Below, one piece after another: positions 9,717 to 17,386 of a stretch of DNA of 64,000 nt (position 1 is the first letter of the stretch; every line of letters starts with the position of its first letter). Under the pieces are notes generated by a model. It had not been told where the DNA came from, did not search any database, and worked only from the letters and a program-made list of their open reading frames with translations. Both the position numbers and the translations under genes were made by a program. This DNA is from an uncultured Candidatus Saccharibacteria bacterium (GTDB lineage: Bacteria; Patescibacteriota; Doudnabacteria; UBA920). The stretch spans positions 39,964 to 103,963 of the forward strand of contig CAZYQT010000001.1 of NCBI GenBank assembly GCA_964650255.1, given 5' to 3'.

Positions 9717-10042
9717 TGACTGGTAGATTTATCAGTTAAGGTACAAACTAATTTGATGTTCGGAATTGGCTGATTGTATTCCAAAAAAATATCCGGATAA
9801 TTGTCCAGAAGTAAGCGGAATTGCAGAAGGGCCACTGGCTCAGACAGCTCTTGATACATGGCAATTAGCTTTTGTAAGACTGGCAGGGGTGCGGTGTTAA
9901 TGGCTGTGACTTCGCCGGTTTCTGAAACTTCCAAGCCTGGCACACTAGCAGCGATTTCTTTGGCAATGTTGGTACCAAAAATAACCATGTGCCGACGCAC
10001 TAGCTCGGTTAAAAACTTCTTATATGTTTGAATTGGAACCAT
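9713..10042 (-). CDS. Hypothetical protein (first gene of the kinase operon, ATGA overlap with the kinase)
   Basis: 109-aa ORF with a 4-nt overlap to the downstream kinase start. No recognisable motifs. Confidence 0.4.
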   Translation of the reverse strand: MVPIQTYKKFLTELVRRHMVIFGTNIAKEIAASVPGLEVSETGEVTAINTAPLPVLQKLIAMYQELSEPVALLQFRLLLDNYPDIFLEYNQPIPNIKLVCTLTDKSTSQ

Positions 10043-10210
10043 TTTGTTTTGGTGTCAATCTTGATGGGTGGTTGAAAATATATTACCACATGGGTAGCAC
10101 TCCTCACTCGCCTAGCGGCTCGTTCGTGCGTTTGCGGACTACCCACTTTGCCAATATATTTTCAACCAAATCTCAATTTATTATACCACAAATAGAAATA
10201 GTTAGCCAAA

Positions 10211-11560
10211 CTATTTAAACCCCGCCAACCCGCCGCGCATGAATGTGGTTTTGAATTCTTTCATACGGCCAAAGCCTACTGAGTCGCGAATAATGTCGCG
10301 CGCAAGGAATGCGGGCACGCGTGCCACTGTAAAATCATCATACTTTTGATTAATTTTATCCATAGCTTGCATTAGCTGGGAGCGAGTTTTGGCCCGATCT
10401 ACTGTTTCAAACAAATTCCCCTGCGTTACTTCTGGCACAAGGCCAAACACAGTCACGCCAATCAGGTAAGATTGTTTTTCAATTTCTTTAAGCTGTCCGC
10501 TTTGCTTCAGCAAACTCATGGCCTCCATATAAATTTCCCGGCCATCTTGCAGATAATGATCTAACTTTGCGCCTTTGCCCACATGCATGCGCTCAGGATC
10601 ATGCACATGCACGTGCACACCATTACCCATAACGCCATTTACGCGAAGACGAGCACCAACCATTTCCGACAACTTGTACAGCACAGAGCGCATTACATTT
10701 TGCTGGCGATACTCCTGCGGAATTGTATACATATGACCAATTGATTTCATAGTGCCGTCTGCGGCATCAGTTTGCTCAAACTCTTCTTTCCAGCTACCTT
10801 CGAGCTGGCCCATGCTGTGCAAATGATACCCTTGAATCCCGTAATGGGCTACAAGTTTACTCAAAGGATAATCACGCAAATCTTTAAGCGTACGAATGCC
10901 TAAGGTGCCAAGGTTGCGCTTCATACGGCGGCCAATACCAGGAATATCTTCTAGGTCGAGACGATAATACAACGCGTCCTTATCTTGCGGCCGCACCACA
11001 ACTAAGCCATCCGGTTTTTGTAGGTCTGATGCAATCTTCGCCACTAACTTGCTATAACTAACACCAGCACTACAGCGAATCCAGTCCCCGACTTCGGTCT
11101 TCATGCGGTACTTAATTTCCTGCACAATCTTCACTGCCTCAAACCACGGATCAGTTGGTACCCACTCACCAGCAGAATTCTTCTCACGGATGTTGCACGC
11201 TTTAGTTAAATCCAAAAAGGCTTCATCAATACTATACTTTTCCACCTTGTCTGTATAATCCTCAAACACTTTTAAAAACCGAGCCGTGTAATAACGATAG
11301 CGCTCCGGATGAGTTTTAGTAAGATGAATCTTCGGGTACAACTTGCGCGCCTCCCAAACTGGAGTACCAGTTTTAATGCCCCATCGTTTCGCCTCAACAC
11401 TAGCGGCAATAATGATGCCGCCCAAATGTTCGCACACCCCCACAGGCTCACCACGCCAAGCTGGGTTATCTTGCTGCTCAACCGTAGCAAAATAACTGTT
11501 CATATCGATGTGGGCTATAACAGGTGTTTGAGCTGATTCAATTGGATAATCTCTAGACAT
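10211..11560 (-). CDS. dinB: DNA polymerase IV (Y-family, DinB)
   Basis: IAHIDMNSYFATVEQQDNPAWRGEPVGV and SIDEAFLDLT are Y-family catalytic motifs. Start placed at the internal ATG (MSRDYP...) near 11560. The ORF-track start at 11611 is probably too long. Confidence 0.9.
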   Translation of the reverse strand: MSRDYPIESAQTPVIAHIDMNSYFATVEQQDNPAWRGEPVGVCEHLGGIIIAASVEAKRWGIKTGTPVWEARKLYPKIHLTKTHPERYRYYTARFLKVFEDYTDKVEKYSIDEAFLDLTKACNIREKNSAGEWVPTDPWFEAVKIVQEIKYRMKTEVGDWIRCSAGVSYSKLVAKIASDLQKPDGLVVVRPQDKDALYYRLDLEDIPGIGRRMKRNLGTLGIRTLKDLRDYPLSKLVAHYGIQGYHLHSMGQLEGSWKEEFEQTDAADGTMKSIGHMYTIPQEYRQQNVMRSVLYKLSEMVGARLRVNGVMGNGVHVHVHDPERMHVGKGAKLDHYLQDGREIYMEAMSLLKQSGQLKEIEKQSYLIGVTVFGLVPEVTQGNLFETVDRAKTRSQLMQAMDKINQKYDDFTVARVPAFLARDIIRDSVGFGRMKEFKTTFMRGGLAGFK

Positions 11561-11603
11561 TAAAGTGATAATTTGGCTTATTTTAATGATTATTTTACTA
11601 TAC

Positions 11604-11632
11604 TTGACCAATTTATAATATTATGATATAAT
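11604..11632 (+). promoter_or_regulatory. Sigma70-like promoter for avd: TTGACC (-35), 17-nt spacer, TATAAT (-10). GGAGGA RBS follows at ~11655
   Basis: ttgaccaatttataatattatgatataat lies upstream of the ATG at 11671 in the divergent dinB/avd intergenic region. Confidence 0.5.
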
Positions 11633-11670
11633 GTTAAAGTTCGAATAAAAAACTGGAGGAATTTTGTACA

Positions 11671-12159
11671 ATGTTTAGAACATGTTGCGCGCATCACGCC
11701 AATGTAGACGCTCAGGACGAGCAAATGCAGATGGACGAAATGCAAAGAGTTGATTGGCTGATTGAAAACGGCCACGTCAGCTATCACCCCCCCCCGACTC
11801 GGAATTTAACTCAACCTCCTTTATTTCACGCATTGTATCAATTGTATTGTTCATGGTATATTCGCTGTCAGACTCTGCCCAAAAAAGACCGCTTTGCTAT
11901 TGGACATAGAATTGAAAATTTATTACTAGATATGATCGTGAGTGTAACAGGTGCCTATCATACTAAAGATGTTTCTCGGAAAAAAGAACTTCTGTCCGAT
12001 GCTAACCTTACTTTGGAATCGCTTAAGGTAGTAATGAGACTGGCTAAGGATGTGCACGCTTTAGAAAAGCGCTGGTATATTAAATACGAAGCTCAGTTTC
12101 AAGAAATTGGTAAAATGCTAGGAGGCTGGATATCCAGCCTTACAAAAACAAACAGATAA
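11671..12159 (+). CDS. avd: DGR accessory variability determinant (Avd)-like four-helix-bundle protein (the family also annotated as 23S rRNA intervening-sequence protein)
   Basis: The C-terminal 110 aa align by eye with Bordetella phage BPP-1 Avd. LPKKDRFAIGHRIENLLLDMIVSVTGA corresponds to IPRKHGVAREMFLKCLLGQVELFIVAG. EIGKMLGGWISSL corresponds to EVGRILGSWIARV. The gene lies 35 nt upstream of a DGR template repeat. Confidence 0.75.
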   Translation: MFRTCCAHHANVDAQDEQMQMDEMQRVDWLIENGHVSYHPPPTRNLTQPPLFHALYQLYCSWYIRCQTLPKKDRFAIGHRIENLLLDMIVSVTGAYHTKDVSRKKELLSDANLTLESLKVVMRLAKDVHALEKRWYIKYEAQFQEIGKMLGGWISSLTKTNR

Positions 12160-12176
12160 AAACCTGTTTGTTTTTT
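12144..12176. terminator. Bidirectional rho-independent terminator (AAAAACAAACAG-loop-CTGTTTGTTTTT) overlapping the avd stop codon
   Basis: A 12-bp stem with an A-run on one side and a T-run on the other. It would end avd on the plus strand and the TR transcript on the minus strand. Confidence 0.5.
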
Positions 12177-12193
12177 AATATAAGAGTGACTTC

Positions 12194-12309
12194 GGACTGA
12201 CACCACGCCGATATCGTCGTTCGAATTCCTCGGATTCCACCTGTTGACATTGGCACCCTTGTCATCGGCCTTACCGAAATTCACAAGCTTGCCATCAGAA
12301 GTGCGAGAA
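12194..12309 (-). repeat. DGR template repeat (TR), 116 nt, intergenic, sense on the minus strand
   Basis: Direct repeat of 12607..12722 with 19 mismatches. 18 of these fall on positions that are A in this copy (coding/minus sense) and G, T or C in the other copy. Only 1 of the other 88 positions differs. This copy is rich in AAT/AAC/AAG codons in the target frame. Confidence 0.75.
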
Positions 12310-12501
12310 AGGGAACAAGTTTTTTACCCCATTCCATCTAATCAATACGGCTACATCTCACAAAAATGAGTAGTAGCCGCTGTGTAAATATGTGGCAACA
12401 TTCTTATTAAGAATTTGCACCAGAACAAGGCAAGCAGTTCTTCTCTTATATTATAACGGTGGCGAAGGTAATGCATGCACGACCTTTCATTAGCCACCCC
12501 A

Positions 12502-12510
12502 ATTATACCA
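12502..12510 (-). promoter_or_regulatory. Candidate extended -10 element (TGGTATAAT, minus sense) positioned to transcribe the TR in its sense orientation
   Basis: The same TGnTATAAT element recurs upstream of many minus-strand genes in this window. It lies about 190 nt upstream (minus sense) of the TR. Confidence 0.3.
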
Positions 12511-12525
12511 TAAATAAAACCGAAA

Positions 12526-12547
12526 CGAGCTCCCTGACGGGAGCTCG
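12526..12547 (-). other. GC-rich hairpin CGAGCTCCC-TGAC-GGGAGCTCG about 55 nt downstream of the VR/target stop. Candidate DGR cruciform or target-gene terminator
   Basis: A perfect 9-bp stem with a 4-nt loop, followed in minus sense by a T-rich tract (GTTTTATTTAT). Confidence 0.5.
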
Positions 12548-12601
12548 GCAAATGCATCAAAGGTTCAAAACCCAAAACTCAAAGAATCAAAAGAGAAGAA
12601 A

Positions 12602-14686
12602 CTAACGGACTGACACCACGCCGAGACCGTCGCTCGAAAGCCCCGGATCCCACCTGTCGACACTGGCACCCCTGTCACCGGCCCCACCGAAAAACACAAG
12701 CAAGCCAAAAGAAGTGCGAGAATTAGTCCAATCATACATAGTTTCCAGCATTCGTTCATCGCTATTTTTATATCTAATAGCAAAATCATACAAAGCTTCT
12801 GCTGCATTTCTACGGTGATTCTGGTTAATTTTTAATTCAGCTAAAGCTTTTGAAGCGGCTTGCCAGTCTTTATCCATAAGCTTTCTAATTTCCGTTAACT
12901 TCTCGTCAGTTACCTCTTTAGCTTCTGCTTCGCTTAAAGAATCTACTGTTTTTAAATAATCTCGTAGTACTGCTGTCTGTTGTATATAATCTTTTGAGGT
13001 TGAATTATCAATTACTTCCTGACTTACCAAAGCCCAACCTTCTCTAACAGGTTGCTTTTTAAAGAAATCTTCACCCTCATACCAATCTGTATCATATAGT
13101 GGCTTACCGTCTTTGTCTTTAAAAACTTCCTCTAATCTTTTATTTATATTTTCCATACTTGAGCTTCCTGATATTGCATATCTGAGAACCAGCATTTCGC
13201 CTTTTGCTTTTGCTCGCTCAAGCTCCGCATTACTATAAGGGACGGTACTAAATTCTGCACTCAAACTACGTTTAGTTAAGAAGGCCTCATTAAAGGCCTC
13301 AACACCGTAAAAATTCTCAGCCATAATTTCTTGAGCTTTTTCATAAGTAGTCGCACCTTTTTCGATCCTCTCAATCCTTTCGGAAGAAGATTCCTTTTCG
13401 AAAGTATCTATTACATCCGAAAAGTCGGTGTTCTCAGCCTCATTAATTTCTTCAGCAAGGCTCTTTCTTTTTGATTCTTCTGTTCGAGGTCTATACTCAA
13501 CTGTTCTGATGATTTCTGAAAGTTTATCTTTGTCTACTTTGCTTTCTAACTTATTTGCATAATAGTATTGCAACGCTTGCTGAAAGGTTTCGTTTATATC
13601 ACCGTTATAGAATTTCAAAATGAAATCCCGAACACGGCGAGGTTCCATACGATCATCATAAGTAAACGGCTGGGGCTGATCTTCAGCGATTTGTCGATTC
13701 TTAAGAAGCTCTTTAGCTGTTTTATGGAACTCTTCATACTTAGCCAAAATTTCTGGCAAACCCGGAATATCCTCAAGCTGTTCTGGAGTAAGAGCAGTAT
13801 CTCGAGAGTTTAAGTAATCTTTTTGTGGTACTTCTTGAGATTCCTTATCAATACCAAATAATGACTTAGTTGAATGTGAAAAAGTACTACTTGGAAGCTC
13901 TGAAGCCGCTTTTTTATAGACCCAACGACGTAACTGAGCAGGATCCATTGGCTCACGACCAATATATCCTTTCCCGGGTGGGTTCATTAAAGCGACAATT
14001 TTAGTACGCTCTTTATTTACTGACACTTCCTCGGAAGCATCTTCGGAAAGAACAACCTCCCCACCACGTTCAAGGGCATCTAATACTTCGTGCAAACGAA
14101 TAGCAATATTAGGCGCAGCAGCATTGTACTCATCTAAAATAATAACCTTAACTTTCCCCTTTTCCTGTCTTAGGCCAGATGTAACTTTACCGTCTGCAAA
14201 AATATATTCCGGGTCTTCTTCGCCTCGTTTATGAGGATTAGGAATATACCGCCCCATTAAATCTTCTACGTCCGTAGCACCATTTAAGTTTATGTAATGA
14301 ACTTCATAGCCAAGCTCACTTGCCATTTTTCTAACAGTAGTTGTTTTACCGATTGAAGTACCACCCTCAATAAGAATAGGTTCACCGTTTAAAAATGCTA
14401 CTGCTAAATCTCTTTGCATAGGCAAAGATAGTTCAGTGTCATTTATAAAGTCTTCATATTGTTCTCTCTTAGGAACATAGGCGCTTCCTTTAACTGTAGC
14501 TTTTTCTAAATTTACACCTAAATACGAAACCGAGGTTTCGGTTTCCTTAACTGGCTTTTGGTCTTCTAAGACCTCAGAGGTTTCAACCTTAGTCTCTGGC
14601 TCTAGCCCCTCTCCCATTTCTTCAGGAGTCAAAGCATTAAATTTTGTTTCAGATGATCCTGGCATAGATTTACACTTGGTATGCAA
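12602..14686 (-). CDS. DGR target protein: MoxR-like AAA+ ATPase (AAA_5-type) with a long C-terminal extension ending in the variable CLec-like region
   Basis: Walker A GGTSIGKTT and Walker B VIILDEYNAA lie in the N-terminal third. The C-terminus carries the VR, with a YDWTNS...VVSVR pattern reminiscent of DUF1566/FGE-type DGR variable regions. No signal peptide. An internal ATG (MPGSS, ~14665) may be the true start. Confidence 0.75.
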   Translation of the reverse strand: MHTKCKSMPGSSETKFNALTPEEMGEGLEPETKVETSEVLEDQKPVKETETSVSYLGVNLEKATVKGSAYVPKREQYEDFINDTELSLPMQRDLAVAFLNGEPILIEGGTSIGKTTTVRKMASELGYEVHYINLNGATDVEDLMGRYIPNPHKRGEEDPEYIFADGKVTSGLRQEKGKVKVIILDEYNAAAPNIAIRLHEVLDALERGGEVVLSEDASEEVSVNKERTKIVALMNPPGKGYIGREPMDPAQLRRWVYKKAASELPSSTFSHSTKSLFGIDKESQEVPQKDYLNSRDTALTPEQLEDIPGLPEILAKYEEFHKTAKELLKNRQIAEDQPQPFTYDDRMEPRRVRDFILKFYNGDINETFQQALQYYYANKLESKVDKDKLSEIIRTVEYRPRTEESKRKSLAEEINEAENTDFSDVIDTFEKESSSERIERIEKGATTYEKAQEIMAENFYGVEAFNEAFLTKRSLSAEFSTVPYSNAELERAKAKGEMLVLRYAISGSSSMENINKRLEEVFKDKDGKPLYDTDWYEGEDFFKKQPVREGWALVSQEVIDNSTSKDYIQQTAVLRDYLKTVDSLSEAEAKEVTDEKLTEIRKLMDKDWQAASKALAELKINQNHRRNAAEALYDFAIRYKNSDERMLETMYDWTNSRTSFGLLVFFGGAGDRGASVDRWDPGLSSDGLGVVSVR
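12607..12722 (-). repeat. DGR variable repeat (VR) forming the last ~39 codons of the target gene
   Basis: Counterpart of the TR, with substitutions only at TR-adenine sites (10 A>G, 6 A>T, 2 A>C) plus 1 G>T. The two copies end together in a GC-rich stretch GGCGTGGTGTCAGTCC (IMH-like) right at the stop codon. It encodes ...YDWTNSRTSFGLLVFFGGAGDRGASVDRWDPGLSSDGLGVVSVR*. Confidence 0.75.
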
Positions 14687-15086
14687 CTCCCGTATTCATA
14701 CGGATACTGTATCCTTGATTTTCCAATACTAAAAGATTTCGTTTTGTTATTAAAGCTATGACTGATAAATTCCTGTAGTCTGGAATAGCGATTTGGGATT
14801 GCATTTGAGTATGATCAAAAATTTCCACTTGCCCTGTGGGATATTGCATTAGAAAATCATACACATTTTTATTGATTGTACCGCTGAAAGTAAATAACAA
14901 TTTACCTGGCTTATCCATTCTATTTAACAACTCTGAAGTTCTATCTACTTTAATGAAGCCGACTTTCTTTAAAGATTGTTGTAGCTCTTGCACCTGGGTT
15001 TCATCTTCAGCGATGATTAAACCCACTTCCTTTTGACCAGAAGCTATACTCAAAAATTTCTTTAATTCGTCTCTTGTTTGTTCCAT
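14670..15086 (-). CDS. Hypothetical protein (138 aa) between the VWA and AAA+ genes
   Basis: ORF overlapping the upstream and downstream genes by a few nt (operon-like). No confident motif. Confidence 0.4.
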   Translation of the reverse strand: MEQTRDELKKFLSIASGQKEVGLIIAEDETQVQELQQSLKKVGFIKVDRTSELLNRMDKPGKLLFTFSGTINKNVYDFLMQYPTGQVEIFDHTQMQSQIAIPDYRNLSVIALITKRNLLVLENQGYSIRMNTGVAYQV

Positions 15087-15103
15087 AATATGCTTTAAAT
15101 ATA

Positions 15104-17296
15104 CTAAAATTTGTTGTAATTAGCAATTACCTCTTCAATTAAACCAGCCAATTTCCCAGCCATTTCCTCAATATTTACATTGGCCAGACTGTTTGGGTAA
15201 TACTTAGAAACATGTCCAGTACCAGAACCAATCCCCAAGCCAATTAACTTTTGATCGGTTTCCTCTATTACCTTTTTTATCATTCCTTTTAAGGGATACT
15301 GAGAACTTGGATGCTTAGACGATTCAACCGGCTCACCGTCAGACAAAACAATTAGAAACTTTTGATCCACTTTTTGTTTAGCCAAACGCTCTGAAGTTTG
15401 TTCTATAGCCCAACCATCGTCATTGTATGCAGCACCTCGACCCCGTACCTCGCTTAATATTTGTCCCATATTCTCTCGAATTTCTTTCGAGATAGGTTGT
15501 CCAAAATTCTGGTATTCATATATCTTGTCGTTGAATCCTAAAACTTCCAAATTTATTGATAAGCGATTCAAAACTTCAGTTAGTACAATCACTGCTTTGA
15601 AAGTTTCTTCTATTTTTTCACCTGCCATAGAACCTGAAAGATCAACTAATAAAGAAATAGCATAATCTTTTTCTTGAGGGAGTTCCCGTTTTTGCCAAGC
15701 CCGACTTTCCATGGCCGGTACGTCTTTGGCTTTTTCCTGAATACGGCGTTTAATGTCTATACGTTTGCCAGATTTGTGTCCGCCTTCCCAACCGCGCGCA
15801 CGACGCGCCACAAAGATGTCGCGCAAATCTTGCTCGAGTTTGTCTATAATAGGTAAAACTTCCCGTCTATACTGTTCATATATATTGGCATCTTTTTCCA
15901 TTTCCTTTGCCAACATGTCGCGATATTTTTGAATTTCAGATTCATCTATTTCATGACTTTTCCTTTTCTCTGACTTTGGAACGGTTTCTAATTCATTTAC
16001 AGGTTCAAATTCACTAGATTCTTTTTTGCCGCTTTTCCGTTCCTCAGCTTTTTTAGGATTATCCGATAGCTTCCCTTGAAGCTCTTCATTTAGCTCTTTT
16101 TCAAACTGATCCAAGGCAGCCTGAGCTCGCTCCGCAAGTTCCTGCTTTTGAGCTTCCGGCATTGATTCAATATACTCCTTAATTTTCTGCTTTAATTCTT
16201 CTGACAATGAATCGAGGTTAATTGGAGCGCCCTTTGATTTCTCGGATTCACTTGAGGATTCGCCATGCTCTTTCTGTTCTCCTTCAGTGCTTTCTTGGCC
16301 TTGTTGTTCTTGATTCTTTTGCTGCTGCTTTTTAATAGCTTCCTCAATAGCCTCTTCTAATTGTTGTTGTTGTTCAGGAGTCAATTTATCTTTCAACTCT
16401 TGAGGCAAACCCTGGCCAGAGCCACCCTCTCCTTTGCCCTGAGCATCTTTCATCATTTCCTGCATTTGCTGATCCTTCATATCCTCTTCGATCAACTTTT
16501 TGAAATCAGGCCAAACTCTATCACGGTTAATTTCGTAACTCTTTTTAGCGTATTGAGTGATTAATTCTTCACTGCTGTCGGCTTCCTGGCGAGACGGATA
16601 TCGCCACCAAGAATCTTGAGCCGCAGTCAAAGTTTTATTGACCACTTCTTTAACATCGTCTGGTAAATCTTCGCTTAATTCAAATTCTTCGCCCTTAGTT
16701 TCCTTAAACCACTGCTTGATATATTCAAAACCGGCCTGCATAAAACGAGGCTTATAACCCAGCTCATCGGTAGCAGTATTTTTTGCTTTTGCCTCAAAAT
16801 CTAAATCTTGCTCATAGGCGATCCCCATTTGCTCCTTAAACTTTGGATAGCTTTCAGCCACAAAATTATTATCCCGTGGGTCTTCAATGGCATTCATCAT
16901 AAAAGCAAACCCGGGTTCTTGCCATTGCTCGAGAGGAATAAAATCTGCTCTTGAAATTCTTCTATGACCCCCTTCATGTGAAATAACAAACCGCAAATAA
17001 TCCATAGGTTTGTCCAGCAAGTCCTGTGGGTCTATCTTAATAATATTTTTCTCAAAATCCCAATGCCAACCTTCACCTGGCTCATTGAGTTTTACCGGAA
17101 TCCGAAAATCCTTGCCAATAAAATAAGCAAGGGAAGATAGGATTTGCTGTTTGTATTTTATTTCAGACTGTTGTTCTGGAGTAAAGCTAGATAAAATCTT
17201 TTGCTCTTTATTCTCTCTTATAGCTTTATAATTAGGTCTAGCTTCTACCACCATACTAGCCCGGCCTATATCTGAAGTGCTTTCAAAATTCTTCAT
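15104..17296 (-). CDS. VWA-domain protein with an N-terminal HExxH metallopeptidase-like domain (DUF2201-type MoxR partner)
   Basis: SHEGGH (HExxH) near the N-terminus. Long K/E-rich low-complexity coiled region. C-terminal VWA with MIDAS DLSGSM. Genomic pairing with a MoxR-like AAA+ ATPase. Confidence 0.7.
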   Translation of the reverse strand: MKNFESTSDIGRASMVVEARPNYKAIRENKEQKILSSFTPEQQSEIKYKQQILSSLAYFIGKDFRIPVKLNEPGEGWHWDFEKNIIKIDPQDLLDKPMDYLRFVISHEGGHRRISRADFIPLEQWQEPGFAFMMNAIEDPRDNNFVAESYPKFKEQMGIAYEQDLDFEAKAKNTATDELGYKPRFMQAGFEYIKQWFKETKGEEFELSEDLPDDVKEVVNKTLTAAQDSWWRYPSRQEADSSEELITQYAKKSYEINRDRVWPDFKKLIEEDMKDQQMQEMMKDAQGKGEGGSGQGLPQELKDKLTPEQQQQLEEAIEEAIKKQQQKNQEQQGQESTEGEQKEHGESSSESEKSKGAPINLDSLSEELKQKIKEYIESMPEAQKQELAERAQAALDQFEKELNEELQGKLSDNPKKAEERKSGKKESSEFEPVNELETVPKSEKRKSHEIDESEIQKYRDMLAKEMEKDANIYEQYRREVLPIIDKLEQDLRDIFVARRARGWEGGHKSGKRIDIKRRIQEKAKDVPAMESRAWQKRELPQEKDYAISLLVDLSGSMAGEKIEETFKAVIVLTEVLNRLSINLEVLGFNDKIYEYQNFGQPISKEIRENMGQILSEVRGRGAAYNDDGWAIEQTSERLAKQKVDQKFLIVLSDGEPVESSKHPSSQYPLKGMIKKVIEETDQKLIGLGIGSGTGHVSKYYPNSLANVNIEEMAGKLAGLIEEVIANYNKF

Positions 17297-17386
17297 AGAA
17301 ATACTAAAATATTCTATAACTTAACTAAATTATGCCACAAATTGCTATGTTTTTCAAACAAAACACAAACTTGATATACTGACTAT

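Noticed and set aside
10211-11560. DinB as the missing DGR polymerase
   Set aside because: It has Y-family DNA polymerase motifs, not reverse-transcriptase motifs, and it is a common housekeeping gene. Adjacency to avd is noted but there is no sequence basis for a functional link.
11671-12159. Annotating the four-helix-bundle protein as a 23S rRNA intervening-sequence protein implying an rRNA operon or intron nearby
   Set aside because: No rRNA sequence is present. The protein aligns with phage Avd and sits next to a TR, so the DGR accessory role is the better explanation.
12099-12284. 61-aa minus-strand ORF (GTG start) overlapping the TR and the avd terminator
   Set aside because: Its N-terminal 31 aa are just the TR read in the target frame (GKADDKGANVNRWNPRNSNDDIGVVSVR). 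It then runs through the terminator hairpin and the avd 3' end on the opposite strand. It is an artefact of the repeat, not a gene.
12194-12722. Interpretation of the two 116-nt repeats as a remnant of a gene duplication or as paired structured ncRNAs
   Set aside because: Mismatches are confined to adenines of one copy and to codon positions 1-2, with third positions conserved. Duplication under coding constraint would show the reverse. No compensatory base-pair pattern was seen.
12351-12807. ORFs 12351..12575(-) and 12565..12807(-) in and around the TR-VR spacer
   Set aside because: They overlap the hairpin and promoter region and the VR-containing gene in other frames. They have low-complexity products and no start context.
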